Shown here: positions 1-12,839 of the stretch, piece by piece
Layout of the letters: the number at the start of each line of letters is the position of its first letter
How positions within the stretch are numbered: the first letter of the stretch is position 1
Origin: Eledone cirrhosa
Taxonomy: Eukaryota
Direction of reading: 5' to 3'
Assembly (NCBI GenBank): GCA_964016885.1
Contig: OZ024742.1
Location: 275,342,001-275,406,000, forward strand
DNA: 64,000 nucleotides
The notes under the pieces: generated by a model
The model's input: the letters and a program-made list of their open reading frames with translations, nothing else
Told to the model about the DNA's origin: nothing
The model's database searches: none
Program-made: the position numbers and the translations under genes

Positions 1-255
1 GAAGAAGGCAACTCAGGAAACTGGGAATACTTCGATATAAAACCTGCGGCTCAGTATTTACCAATGATGTCGATCTTTTATCTTTTCGGGTTATAGCTAC
101 TGTCGCCCAGAGAGTGGGATTGGCTCAGTACACAGTCTTTCATCACTTTAAAAAATATCTTCACGCACAGGCATTGCACGCTGGAACTAATTAATAATTA
201 TTAATAATGGTATATCGTGCAATGGCTATACTCGATAACGAAGGGGCAGCCATTA
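1..255 (+). mobile_element. 3' remnant of an RTE-type LINE
   Basis: tcgtgcaatggctatactcgataacgaaggggcagccat (~215-253) nearly matches the 3' tail of the RTE on the minus strand at ~59939-59978. Confidence 0.55.
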
Positions 256-277
256 TATATGAATGCATGTATATATT

Positions 278-2068
278 AGTGGGGGTCGAAATTTTATATT
301 CTGATTCCAGATATTGCTTGGTGTTCATTTTGATGCGAGAAATAAATTAACAAATTTTCAAAAGTATGCGATCACCCATACACCTCACATAGATCCCCAC
401 CCCCAATTCTGAGTTTTGAATACTGAAAATTTAAGGGACTGTAAACTTGTTTTAATGCTATTAACTTTGTATTGGTTAGATATTACCTATAAAACTTTTT
501 TTTATAAATTATATGCATCCCCCGCCTCAGCTAAAAACATTTATTGGAATCCATTTATATTAATTCTTTTCATAAAAAAGCCTACATTAAGAAGAGTCCT
601 TTCAATGCATAAATAATGAAAATTCTTAATGACTATTATTATAGTCAATAAAAAACCTATGCACGAACATCAAAAGAAATACCTGAACAGTGAACACCAT
701 AAAATAAGCATTAATAGTATTTACTATTCAATTAAATGACCATTGTCTTTTCCTGTACAAATGAGGTAAACTTTGTCTTGATTTCTGTAAATTTAATATG
801 ACTTTGTGCCTATTATCGTAGCCTATTCTGACTTCAGAAGATTTTGTCACTAAATTTAAAGCATGCTAAACTCCTTGGACATGAGAGGGAAGAGGTATTG
901 CTCTTAATGGTCCTGAACGATCTTTGTAAAGTTCCGTAAAACTAGAGGGGATTTTATAATTTCATTTTCCCAGTTAATTAAATCATCATGATCCTGTGCT
1001 TCAAAATTAATTCAGCTTGGTAGTCTGAAATTTCTTGATTCTTCACAAGATATTCGGGGAAAAATTCTTACTTTAATAATTCGCTTAATTGCTACTTCCC
1101 TAATTTGTCTTCTTCCATCATTCAGCATAGTCAGTAAAATATTCTCCAGATGGGCAAAATACGAATTAGTTTTTAACGATTACTCCATAACTTCTTGATG
1201 ATCTTGGTTCATATCTTGCATTAGAAGTTCCATATACCAAACATTACTTGCTCCTTCATGTAACTTTGGGTGTGATTTAATCTAGAACCAGCTTGGAACA
1301 TAAACGTGCGTTATGATTTTAACAAGATCCATAGTATTCTTTGGGGTAGTTTTTTCTGGCACGTGTTAACCACCTTGCATTATGGATTTTACCAGGTGAT
1401 TTTGCTGCTAGCTGCTCAGAAACAAACCCTGTCTCAATACTGAGGGACATTTCATACAGATATTTTTGATCTGAGCTTCTAATGGTAATGATAACTAGTT
1501 GAAGCAACGTTCATATCTAAGCCCATCTTTGCCTTCCTGTTTTCAAATCTTTGCCCTCTTTCTGCAGTTTTTTCTACCTGAAGTTATTTCTCTATCTAAA
1601 AGCCCTAACTGATTAAATATTTTTTTCTGTCCAACAAATGCTTCCCATTCCATTATTAGTATTCTTATGTTACAGCTACAGCCAGATATTTTTACTTGTT
1701 TATTATAACACGTGCAGGGACATATATCAAACATTTCACTGAACTCCTCTACTTTCTTATCAAAACTATTTCCTCTTTGCTTGTTAGGTATTTCATTATA
1801 AGCTGATTCAACCAATCTCTCAATTTTTAGAGCTATTCCCTAAAACCCAATATAAGGAAAAGAAAATTTGTCCCATATTGTTTGCACATCTGCAGCAACA
1901 ATCCGGTAGCATTATTTCGCTGTGGGTGAAATTTGTTTATATGTTCTTCACGTTGTCTTATATATAAATAATGTCGGAATACATCAGCCTTTGATGGGGT
2001 CATTGTTGTAGGAAATTCTGCAGGATATCCAAATGCTGAATTACGGCTTTTACTTCTACTTGCCATTA
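278..2068 (-). pseudogene. Decayed hAT-superfamily (hATm-like) transposase
   Basis: Collinear minus-strand fragments FGYPAEFPTTMTPSKADVFRHYL, FDICPCTC..CSC, PGKIHNARWLT and NSYFAHLENILLTML. Family recalled from motifs; many stops and frameshifts. Confidence 0.5.
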
Positions 2069-2204
2069 TATAAATAAAGTACCAGTAATGCACTGGGTAA
2101 TTGCTGGCCTTGTGCCTAAAGTAGAAACAATTATATAATTTTATATACTTAAATTATATGGATTAGGACAATGGGATTGATGAGTTAATATCTGTATACA
2201 ACAT

Positions 2205-5200
2205 CTACAACGGTACGCGATGGGGCCCACCCACAGCCCCGGCGGTCAGAATGGAGAAGGCGTTTCCCCGGAGGACGGCAAGGGAGACGCGCAAGAAAAG
2301 CCACTCCAACTCGCGGAGCTCACACCTGCGGCTGGCCAACTCAGCGCCTATGGTGGTGAGTAAGGAGGTAGCCCTGGGGCCGAGGACACCAGAAGTCTCC
2401 ACTGCTAGGGGTACGACCGCAAACCTGTCGGAGAGCGACCGGTATTTGAGGAGTTTGGCCCCCCTCAGTCCGACGTGCAGCAGAACCTGGGTCAGTCGCA
2501 GACTGCACTAGGTTGCGGCTGCAGAAAGTGTCGGTGCAAGTGGCATCCCAGACGAGGGGTTTGCCACCGCGGAACAGAAAGATGGTCATGCCATCTGGCC
2601 TTTTGCCGTCCCCTCGATCCAGCCCCACCGACTCGAGCTGGGAAGGGAAGCCTGCAGAGTCCAAGCTATGCTTAATGACCTCGTTGAGGGCAGTATCGCG
2701 TGGAATGCGGCCGGCACTGTGGCGACAGGAAAGCGGGTGGAGGCCGAGCGACATTGGTGTGGTTGGCAGATCCGGAGGCCGAGCCTCAGGGAAACGCCAA
2801 TTCGCATGCTATGGTTGTCTAGCTGCGTGCCAGTGGAGAAGGAGGGCAGAGCATGGAGCCAGGCACCACTGTGGGGTTTGGAGGCCGCACGAAAACAAGC
2901 AAGGCAGTGCTGGCCGAGCTGGTGCGTGAGCCTGTCTGAGGCCAGGCTGCACTGGATGGCATCCCAAGTGCGTTGGAGAGACTTGACGTCAACAGGGGGA
3001 GAAGGAGGAGGGACGTCTACTAGGCTAAGTCCCAGCCGGTCCCACGTTTCACAGGCGGCCTCACGTTCTCTGAACTCAGAGGGTTCTGTTGTGTTTTGAA
3101 GAACCCTGCTGACGAGGACGCGGCACGAGGTTACCGACAAAGGATACGCCGGCAAAGCTAGTGAGATCGGGGACCGGAGGCCAAGCCCCTATACCTGACA
3201 GGTAAAGTGGCCTGTTGTCACCCTATGTCGTCAAACTTGACGTTGCATATCCCCTCGGCTGCTGCTCGGTACAAGTATCGAGGTCAGCGAGGAGAGATGT
3301 CTGAGTGTAGCACGGAGCGCTGCGGAGTGTATAGAGGAGATTCGGCATGGCGAAGCAGTTCCTCAGCAGTAAGAGAGCTGGGTGGCCGTCAATCAAGCCC
3401 AGTCCGGTCGTGAGAGTCTGGAGCTGTTGAAGCCTGGAACTGATGGTGGAGCGGATGGCCGGTGGGTGGATAGGTGACCCGAGGATGAGGACATCCTCTT
3501 TGGGGGTTACCTGAACCTGGCGGAGAATGGACCGCACGTCCAAGACGGAAGCTGCAAAGCTTGCAGCATCGAGGCTGACATTCACCACCTCCGACTTAGC
3601 CGAGTTGACCTGGAGGCCGATTCCCGCCAGGGCAGGAACCACCGATTGAAGATCATGGCAGACTGTCCGTACGGGCCCGCCCAACGTAGCATCATCCAGA
3701 TACCAAACGTTGAGAGGGGCCGTGATACTCCGGGCGATGTGGTCAATACCAAGGGCGAACAGAAGGGGTCCCAAAGGGTCGCCCTGTTGGACCCCAGTAG
3801 CCGAGGGTATGACCGTATCAGCAGCAAGGAGCATGCTCATGTCTCCATATGACAGGTAGGCCAGCGGGTAGGCAGAGGGGACTCGGCTGAGGCAGGCCTC
3901 CAGCAGATGATCTCGGCGTAAAGAGTTGAAATCATTCCTCATGTCAAGCTTGACAATGAGGTGCCTGGAGTCCCTGGATGCCGGTTCCGATGGGCAGCTG
4001 TTGAAGAACTGCCTGGTTGCATGAGCGGCCTCCTGACAGCCACCGGACACGCTGACACCCAATTGCACCGGATTAAACTCCTCACCCAGTTCGTGTGTTA
4101 CTGACTTGCAGATCACCTTGGCAGCCAACGTCCGGAAGACATTGCCCACAGCAATGGGGCGTATGCCACCCTCTTTCTTCCTGAGAGCCGTGAAGCTGGC
4201 CGAAAAAAAGAGGCCTCTGGCGTAAGGGTCCAGGGCACCATGGATGAGCCTATTGGTGAGCGCCACAATTGCACTCAGAAGGCGGTGCCCGGCCTCAGCG
4301 GAGAGGGGGGATGTCAACTGCTTGATGTGGCCTGGTCGGAGACCATCAACACCTCCGCAGCTGCTAGCTGGGAAGGACCTGATGGCGGACATGATGTCTG
4401 CATCAGTAGCCACAAGGAGCAAGTGGGGGTCGGTGGGGGTATGGGTCTGAGGTCAGTGGGTGGCTCAGGGTGTTTGAGTCGCAGAGCAGCCAGAACCTCC
4501 TCGGTGGGTTGGAGGACAGTGTCCTCTGAGGCAACAACTCTGACTGCGGCTGATACATCACCGATGATAAGCTTGGTGTTTACCTGGTAACGCAAACGCT
4601 TGGCGCTGGCCTCGGGGGTGAAGGACAGGGGTACCTGATGGTGGGGTGTGTGGCGTTCCTGGGCACGCTTGGAATGGGTGCTCGCCGATAGGACGAGACA
4701 TTGGCCTTGACAAAGGCTGCTGTTGACCGGCCGCCCCGGTCAGCCCCAGAGCTGGGGAGGCCGAGGGCGAGTGGGGCGAAATAGAACAGCCGCTCCCAGT
4801 CACTAGCTCGATTGGAGTCCAGGGCGGTCTCAATCGAGGAAGCTAGGGCATCGGCTACCGGCACTCGTGCCGCTCTCGGGATCCTGAGTGGGATCTTCCG
4901 GAGCCGAGCGATGTTGACCAGCTCGCTGTCCCGTCTGGTGGTGTGCCAGACGGTCGTGGCTGGGAAGACGTGGGGAAGAGGCAGCTCCTGCATCTCCACG
5001 CTACGAGGGCTTTGGAAGCTCGACGAGTCAAGCCAACGCATGTGAGGTGGTGGAAGCAGCTCACCCCAAACAGTTCCGGCCCCTCTTCCGCTTGTTAGTG
5101 GTGCTGCAGGTGTCGGCTTGGAGGGGTGGAGGATGGGCCGTGGGGCCGGGGACTGGGGCACCGAGCGGCATCAGAGGTGGGTGGCTGGCGTGTGTGGATT

Positions 5201-5230
5201 GAAGGGAAAGTGCTGGTAAGAGGGCCTCAT
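2205..5230 (-). mobile_element. CRE-like non-LTR retrotransposon (RT + restriction-like endonuclease), frameshifted
   Basis: GC-rich island. RT motifs GGIRPIAVG, GVQQGDPLGPLLF, WYLDD (3223-4422); SGAWL..P (2586-3155); RLE motif RPDG..WDAT and C-terminal ETSG..G..A / RVSLAVLRGNA. Confidence 0.85.
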
Positions 5231-5549
5231 AGCTCACCTATATATATGGAGGTGCCAGAAAACAAGAGAAAAAAGAAGGGGCTGCATGGAGGGGGAGACA
5301 CGGGAAGGTAGAATGGTAGTAAATGAATGAGTGAAAGGATGGATGTACACAAAAAAGGGGGGGAAACAAGGGGTTGTTCCCAGCGGAAAGACCCAGAGTT
5401 CAGCACGCACACATGCGAGCAACTTAGTAGTTTGTCATAGGACCTAGTGGCTGGAGGTGAGTCACTGATGCTGGGGTTGGCTTCCTCTTGTTAATGGTAG
5501 AGTTGTTGTTGCTGTTGTTAATGTCACTGTTGTCGTCGTTGCTTTCCTC

Positions 5550-5616
5550 TTGTTATACCTGTTTCAAAGACGTAATGCAGTTGTATAAAACTGCCCTACG
5601 TGTTCTCTTCAGACAA
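5550..5616 (-). ncRNA. Type I hammerhead ribozyme motif, stem III imperfect
   Basis: UUGU-CUGAAGA-long stem II (acgua/uacgu, gcaguu/aacugc)-GAAA-caggua-UA^ACAA. Confidence 0.55.
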
Positions 5617-6403
5617 ATATCCAAACAAGATGTAAAGTCTCATTGATATGTTACCAGTCATAGATGTTATTTACTTCGCCGACCAGTAACCATATCTCCG
5701 AATTTCTCAAGTATCAGTTCTTATATAAGAGGGAGATATTTGTTGCCGTTGGCATTGTTGATTGTAAACTGGCTCGGGTATCAAGTTACCAGATTTGTAG
5801 CTTGATTCGTAGTTAGTCTATTTTTATTTTATTTTGTTATATATATTCCTAGATATTTTTTATTTCTAGACTAGTTTTTATTCATTTAGATATTGATTTA
5901 AATTTTAGATATTTGTACTTTGATGCTGATGTTATAATGTATGTATTTATGAATGGTTAATTAATTATTTTGTGGACTATTCAATATCATTTACTGAAGT
6001 TTTATATTCATTTAACTTCATTTACTGAAGTTTTAACTCTATGAAATGTCTTATTTAATTTGTGTAAACATGTATTAAAAGTTTCAGAGTGTTTATTAAT
6101 AATTTTATGCCTACTATTTATGATGTGTAAGGTCTCTATAGTACAAAGGGGAGACCTCTAGATATTGATCCCTTTATATATGGAAATGCATGTGAAAGTT
6201 TTGACCAAGAATAAGAGTATTACACTTTTTATTTTTTAGCGAGCAAATTACGCCGGCAGATAGAAATAGGACTGAACATCCTATCCACTAGAAAGAGGTG
6301 CGTAGTGCTAGTGCTTTATATATATGTACACAATTCTAGGTGTTTCGTAAACAATATATAACTCTTTATCTCTCTACATAATCATACATGTTTAATTTTA
6401 TAT

Positions 6404-6421
6404 ATGTGTGTGTGTGTGTGT

Positions 6422-6499
<78 letters not shown>
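6404..6499. repeat. (TG)n microsatellite
   Basis: Seen directly; one of many TA, TG, CT, TAA and TACA arrays in the window. Confidence 0.95.
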
Positions 6500-6501
<2 letters not shown>

Positions 6502-6679
6502 CAGTGAAGAAGAAAAAACAGTAGAAAATGCTAATGGCATTTTCTCATAGAATAACAGCAAAAAAGCAATTTATCGTACCGGTTTCATCCACATAAGCTT
6601 CTTCATGCTACGGGAGTGTGTAATAACACTTATAATGTAGTTAAGTTGTATATTAATAAGAATATGCTATAAAATAACA

Positions 6680-8730
6680 TCTCTTAATGATCATATGCCC
6701 CATAATCAAGACGGTCACAGACGTGTGTGACAACACAAATGACCACCTCAGCAGAATCATCAAGTGCAACCAAAGCCTCGACCTGAAAATCTACATTATA
6801 GGTCGCGTGGAAGCACTATCCTTATACCCAACTATTGACGTTGACTTTGCTGTGGAGAAATGCGTGGAAATGATCAGCAAGAGCAATGTTTTATTCCAAT
6901 GAGTTTACACCGGGAACAGGGCTTTCTCTTTAGACTTACCTGTCGCAGAGAATATCTAGATGAATACAAATTTAACTGTTTCTGCCCAATAGACTTGTAA
7001 GAGGTAGACATCCCACCATCAGCTCATTGGCCAAAAAAACCCAATGGAAACATGGAGAAAATAGATCAGAGCCATATGGAACCCCAATACCACGATCAGA
7101 TGAGAAGAATGATCGCATATGCGATAGGAGCGAGTATTAAAACTACCCTAAAGAGCCGTTTAAGTTTTAAAAAGGTGCAAGAGGAAGTAGTGGCCATTGG
7201 CGTCAGTATCACTTACGTGGTAGCCAAACTTTTTATTGTGTGGTGGGCCAGGAGTTTCAAAGAACGCTTAGCTGAGAACATAGTCATGTACTCTTGTTAT
7301 GTTGACGTCATTAATATAGTAGATAAAGCTACCCACGAGAGAGTACTTACGAATCAGAACTACAAGCTAATACCATGGAGTGCATCCAACAAATATCTAA
7401 CTCCATCAACCAGAGAAACACAACCATAAATTACCCGTGTTAGACACAGATGTCTGGATGAAAACTAGGAATGATAAAGCCAAAATCCTCCTATTACACC
7501 AAACCGATGGCTTCCAAGTACCTGATCTACCTGAACTCCGCTATCACAAATAGGGTTACGCTCAATGTCATGATAATGGACCTGGTAAGGGTGATGGTTA
7601 ATGTGTCCCCACGTACGATCCAACAGAGTTAAAGACACATACAGCACTTTACCCACCACATGCAATTATCTGGTTATAAGCAAAGAGACAGGATCAGGGT
7701 TTCAAAGGAGCCATGGCTAAATTAAAAATCATTAAGGGCAATGATATGAATGGGATTTTCCTACTATACAGGAGCAAATCATAAAATGACTAAGAAAAGC
7801 ATAGTTAAGGCCAACTCGTGGTATGACAGCCATAAATACCAACATTTCATGCTGCTCTATGCTACCACTAAAGGTGAAGTAGCGTATCGTTTAAGAAGAA
7901 GAGCTTTAGCAAAAAAATGAAGCTTAGAATTAAAGAAATAGAAAAACCAGGAGCTGTCATAAAATACCGGATCAGTAGGACATATCCGTTTAGGAAAAAA
8001 CCCTCTACCGATAAAAAATGCATAGTCTGTAAAATAAGCCCACAGATAAACTATAAATTATAGGAGAAGCAGGCCGTAGTATAAGTGAGAGATTAAGGGA
8101 ACACTGGCGAGAACTTAAGGAGAAGAAAAGATCATTATTGATATACCAACATGCCAAACTAGAGCACGGAGCCTAAATAGATAACATAGAAATAAAGATC
8201 CTATCCACACATAGAATTGACACAAGACTGAGATAAATTACGGATGTCAATCACATAATAGAAGATAGTCCTAGCCTGAACAGAAAACAAGAGTGGAATA
8301 GTAACAACCCACTACTTAATGAATGAAGAGAGAATGAATACACAAAAGAGACACACAAGACAAACAGCAAACGATACAGACCCCCCCCCCACACACACAC
8401 ACACACACACATAAAACACACGTAAACATGACAAATACTAAAACACATACACACACACAAAGACGCGGACGCAAACGCCTGCACAGATACGAAACACAAA
8501 GGACGTACCACGAAACAAACGAAGACAAGATGGAATAGAAGTTTAAGACAAGGAAAAATTGTAGGCGCAAAAAACAGATAATCATTGAGGAAGTCACAGA
8601 ACGTGTGACGAAAGAATTTTGATGAATGATTGAATAACAAACAATAAAGATAAAGTGAAAATTATGGGTGCGTGTGATTTTTCCATTGGCATTATTGGCA
8701 ACATGACGTTCTTCAAATATATCAATATAT
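6680..8730 (+). mobile_element. Old, degraded Penelope-like element related to 41097-47865
   Basis: IICPIIKTVTDVCDNTNDHLSRI and SLYPTIDVDFAVEKCVEMIS align to the RT at 42564-43652; NRKQEWNSN end; homologous 3' repeat with an HHR. Confidence 0.85.
8581..8623 (+). ncRNA. Minimal type I hammerhead in PLE 3' repeat (diverged)
   Basis: AUCA-UUGAGGA-a-GUCACA/UGUGAC-GAAA-gaau-UU^UGAU. Stem I (AUCA/UGAU) covaries with GUCA/UGAC of the young copies. Confidence 0.6.
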
Positions 8731-8795
8731 ACACACACACACACATATATATATATAGTTTAAGATGGTAGTATGGACGAAACAAGAGAAGAAAT

Positions 8796-8852
8796 CCTTC
8801 ATCAGCTGTAAACCAAGATCATAGATGTTTCGGCGCTACTACAGGACATCTA
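8796..8852 (-). ncRNA. Putative non-circularly permuted hammerhead ribozyme, copy 1 (core intact)
   Basis: UAGAUGUC^CUGUA-guagcgCC-GAAACAUCUA-11 nt-UACAG-CUGAUGA-aGG: stem III 7 bp, stem I 5 bp, stem II 2 bp. Confidence 0.6.
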
Positions 8853-9291
8853 AAAGCGATTAGCGGCGCGCCCAAGGCCTTTTATCGATCAAAAGGCCAG
8901 GAGGGAAAGAAAATGAAAAAAAGAAGAAAAAATGGGGAAAGGTAGTGAGGAGGGAGGAAGAAAGAGAAAAAACAGGTAAACAGACTAAATTGTGGTGGTG
9001 GGGGGGGGCACCGGACAATGGAACATGCAAGTGAGTAACCGAGGAAAAATAGAATAGAATAAGTTACAGCGAACCGATGAGACTTAAGTCTCGTGGTGCG
9101 ATAACAGGAGCCCAGTGGTACCGTGCCATCACAATCGAAGTGAAGGTAGAGAGAGAGAGGGGGGGAGAAGGAAAGGGAGATAATCTAAAAGAGTTTTACG
9201 ACAGCTGCAAAACGTGTGTAAACGATCGAAACCAGAGGAGTTTTACGACATGTGTGAAACATGTCGTAAACGATCGAAAATGAAGATGGAT

Positions 9292-9332
<41 letters not shown>

Positions 9333-9547
9333 AGAGAGAGAGAACGAGAGATAGAACGAGAGAGAGGAAAAAGGGACGAGAGAGAAGCGGAGAGTCGATA
9401 TGAAAGCGTGGTGGGACCACAGATCGGGCAAAATAAGTGGAGTTGGGTCACAGCGGTAAATAACAAAATTATAAGAAACGAAATGAGGTGTGTGGTTACA
9501 GTAAACAAAGTTTAAGATGATAGTATGGAAGAAACAAGAGAAGAAAT

Positions 9548-9604
9548 CCTTCATCAGCTGTAACCGAGATCATAGATGTTTTGGCGCTTAATACAGGATA
9601 TTTA
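9548..9604 (-). ncRNA. Permuted hammerhead, copy 2 (degraded)
   Basis: Same layout; GAAA changed to AAAA and two stem III mismatches. Confidence 0.45.
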
Positions 9605-10315
9605 AAAGCGATAAGCGGCGCGCCTAGGGCCTTTTATCGATCAAAAGGCCATGAGGGAAAGAAAAAAGAAGTAAAAAATGGGGAAAAGTAGTGAGGAGAT
9701 AGGAAGAAAGAGAAAAAACAGGTAAACAGACCAAATGGTGTGGGGGGGGGGGCGACAATGGAATATGCAAGTGACGAAGGAAAAATAACAGAATAGAATA
9801 AGTTATAGCGAACCGATTAGACTTAAGTCTTGGTGCGATAACAGGAGCCCAGTGGTACCGTGCCATCATATTCGAAGTGAAGATAGAGCGAGAGAGACGG
9901 AGCAACCGGAAGTGAGAGGGAGAAGGAAAGGGAGATAATCTAAAAGAGTTTTATGACAGTTGTAAAATGTGTCGTAAACAATCGAAACCAGATGAATTTT
10001 ACATGTGTGAAACATGTCGTAAACTATCGAAAACAAAGATGGATAGAGAGAGAAAGAGAGAGAACGAAACGAGAGAGAGGAAAAAGGGAAGAGAGAGAAA
10101 GGGAGAGTCTATATGAAAGCGTGGTGGGACCACAGAGCGAGCAAAACAGGTAGAGGGGGTCACAGCGTGTACCCCCACCATTTGGTCTGTTTACCTTTTT
10201 TCTCTTTCTTCCTCTCTCCTCACTACTTTTCCCCTTTTTTTTCTTCTACCTTTTTCTTTTCTTTCCCTCCTGACCTTTTGCGATAAAAGGCATTGGGCGC
10301 GCCACTGATCGCTTT

Positions 10316-10373
10316 TAGATGTCCTGTATTAAGCGCCGAAACATCTATAATCTCGGTTTACAGTTGATGAAGG
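10316..10373 (+). ncRNA. Permuted hammerhead, copy 3 (C3U)
   Basis: UAGAUGUC^CUGUA-uuaagcgCC-GAAACAUCUA..UACAG-UUGAUGA-aGG. Confidence 0.5.
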
Positions 10374-10465
10374 TTTTCTCTTGTTTCGTCCATACTACCA
10401 TCTTAAACTTTGTTTGCAGTAACCACACAGCTCATTTCGTTTCTTATATATATATATATATATAT

Positions 10466-11055
10466 CGGAAAAAATGAAACGAAATTTCATTTCTCACTCT
10501 TAGTACGGCTGTTACTTAAATATAAGTATGTATACGTACATACATATATGTATACAGACGTGCACACATATGTATACATACATGCACACATATATATATG
10601 TATGTATGGATTCACCGAACATTTATTATAATGCTCGGTGTGTTTGTAAACAAACATCCCGATTTAAGCCGTACAGTGTCTAGCAACCATCGTTGCTCAT
10701 TTGTTCAACACTGACAAAGGAACGCTGTACTAGTTTCAAGCTTATTAGCTATCGTCAGCAACGTATACCTTCCTGCCAGATGGTTGAAAGTCTGAAAGTA
10801 TATACTTTCCTTATGCATATTAACGGCTGAGCAGCCTAATTTGCATATCGAGTGAGTTAATCGGCCGGGGTACCGAAAACGATAAACGGAAAAAATTCGT
10901 TTACAAACAAACCGAGCATTATAATAAATGTTCGGTGAATCCATACGTACATATATATATGTGTGCATGTATGTATATATGTATATATATATATATATAT
11001 ATATACATACTACTGTAGGTCTGTATACATATATGTATGTACGTATACATACTTA
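10466..11055 (-). mobile_element. 421-bp retrozyme-like monomer plus inverted partial copy
   Basis: cggaaaaaa recurs at 10466 and 10887; inverted partial copy ~10899-11055; contains an HHR; close homologue at 40325-41086. Confidence 0.8.
10722..10764 (-). ncRNA. Minimal type I hammerhead with palindromic stem III
   Basis: ACGUUG-CUGACGA-uAGCU aaua AGCUu-GAA-ACUAGU-A^CAGCGU. Confidence 0.85.
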
Positions 11056-12839
11056 TATATATATATATTGTTATATTTGAGGAACGTCATGTTGCCGATA
11101 TTGCCAATGGAAAGAAACACATATATATATATATAAGAACCCCCACACACACACACACATATATATATATATGTGTGTGTGTGTGTATATATACAGTCAC
11201 ACATTCACGCATATATAAACATATATAGCAGTAAGGTCGATTATTCAAAAATCATGTCTCTTTGAACTATATATATTATCCATCCTCTATTTATTCGCTT
11301 TCTTATTTATTTTCTCCCATTTTCCACTCAATAATCCATTTGTATAAGCTAAATAGCAACCGAATTGAATAGGAAAATGCTGTTCAACCTGCGATCATCT
11401 TAAACCCTTTTACTAATCTTTTACCTCCTAATAAGAAAAAATATACGAAAATCATTAGATTTTTTTTCGATAGTAATCCCTTCAGAGCAGGCAGAAACCG
11501 TTTATCGAAATACAGATATCGCAACAATTTCTCACTCCCTAATAACAAACCTAGTGAACGATAACTGCTCAACTAAAATTGTTACACGGGAAAAACTATA
11601 GACAGATAAAGACTTTTACACCTTTTATCAAATTAATCATTTCCTTTGTTGTGCTATTCTTTAATTATAGTTTGAACACCATATCTGACAAAAATAATCT
11701 ATCTATCCATTAAGTATCTAATATAACACTCATAGTCTTCCTTTGCTCTTTCGTAAACCATTATATCTATCATCTCACTAATTTTGCTATCGTCTGCTTT
11801 ACTGAATAATGACAGCCTCGCCTTGATAAAAGCAGCTTATCATTAGTCAATCTGACTTCTCTTTCACGCCTTCTACAACAACAACAACAGTGATAACAGC
11901 AACAACAACAATAACGATAATAACAGCTATAATAATTGTTTCTACTATAGGCACAAGCTATTTTGGGGGAGGGGGAATATTTTTATTTGGGGTATGGCAA
12001 GAACGCAATAACTGACTTCTTGTATAGCTGACTTCTAAGTGTATTATCGTAAATTACTTTTCCGTTAATATCTGGGTTAGAATCACCAGGCTGTTGTTAA
12101 AACGATGCAACAATGTGAAAATGTTGTGTGCAATGTTAGCTTTTGATGAGGCTCGTTCTGCTATACTTCGCACCAGATATATGAGCTATATCAAATGAAG
12201 ATAATATCTTCAAAGTGCTGTTGGTATTTGGTAGATTGGGTCATGGAATCGATATGTTGGTGCGCGTCTTCATCATTTTGAAGTGGGGAACACTGCACCT
12301 TTCAAAAAAAAAGGGAGGAGAGCACAGACTGTGATCATACTTGATAGCGAGTCAGAAATCATGTATACATACGTGTTTATGTATATATGCATATATGTAT
12401 GCAAGTATGTATGCGTATATATATGTATGTATTAATGTTTGTATGCATGTAAGCATGCCTGTATGTCTGCTTATGTATATGTATGTATGTATCTGTGTAT
12501 GTATGTATCTATGTATGCATGTATGTATGATGTGTGAGCATATTTGTATATTTGCGTACGTATATATACATGGATATAATAAAATTTTGTTTAGGTATAA
12601 TCAAATAGTGGCCATAATAACGACAGAAATTTACTAGCAAGGTTACTTATCCCTTCCTAGTTCTCTCCAGCTTCAGGTTGGGTAGCATGTACGCCATAAA
12701 GGGCGCTCTGTCTAGAATCGCATTATAGTGGAGTGCTACCATATCAGACATTTTTCTATCCGATGATGAATAGTAGACGCTTCGGCTTATGCCTGCTACT
12801 AGTTTCTAAATTATAACTTGGTGCAAGTTCCTATGTATA

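Larger units (their letters stand above)
8758..10445. mobile_element. Non-coding 752-bp tandem element plus inverted partial copy (retrozyme-like)
   Basis: Unit 1 ~8758-9508, unit 2 ~9509-10165, inverted copy of ~9470-9750 at ~10170-10445. (TA)n on both sides; no credible ORF. Confidence 0.75.

Noticed and set aside
6572-6615. HHR-like string on the minus strand (AUGAAGA..GAAACCGGUA)
   Set aside because: C3 is lost and neither stem I nor stem II pairs; at best a fossil.
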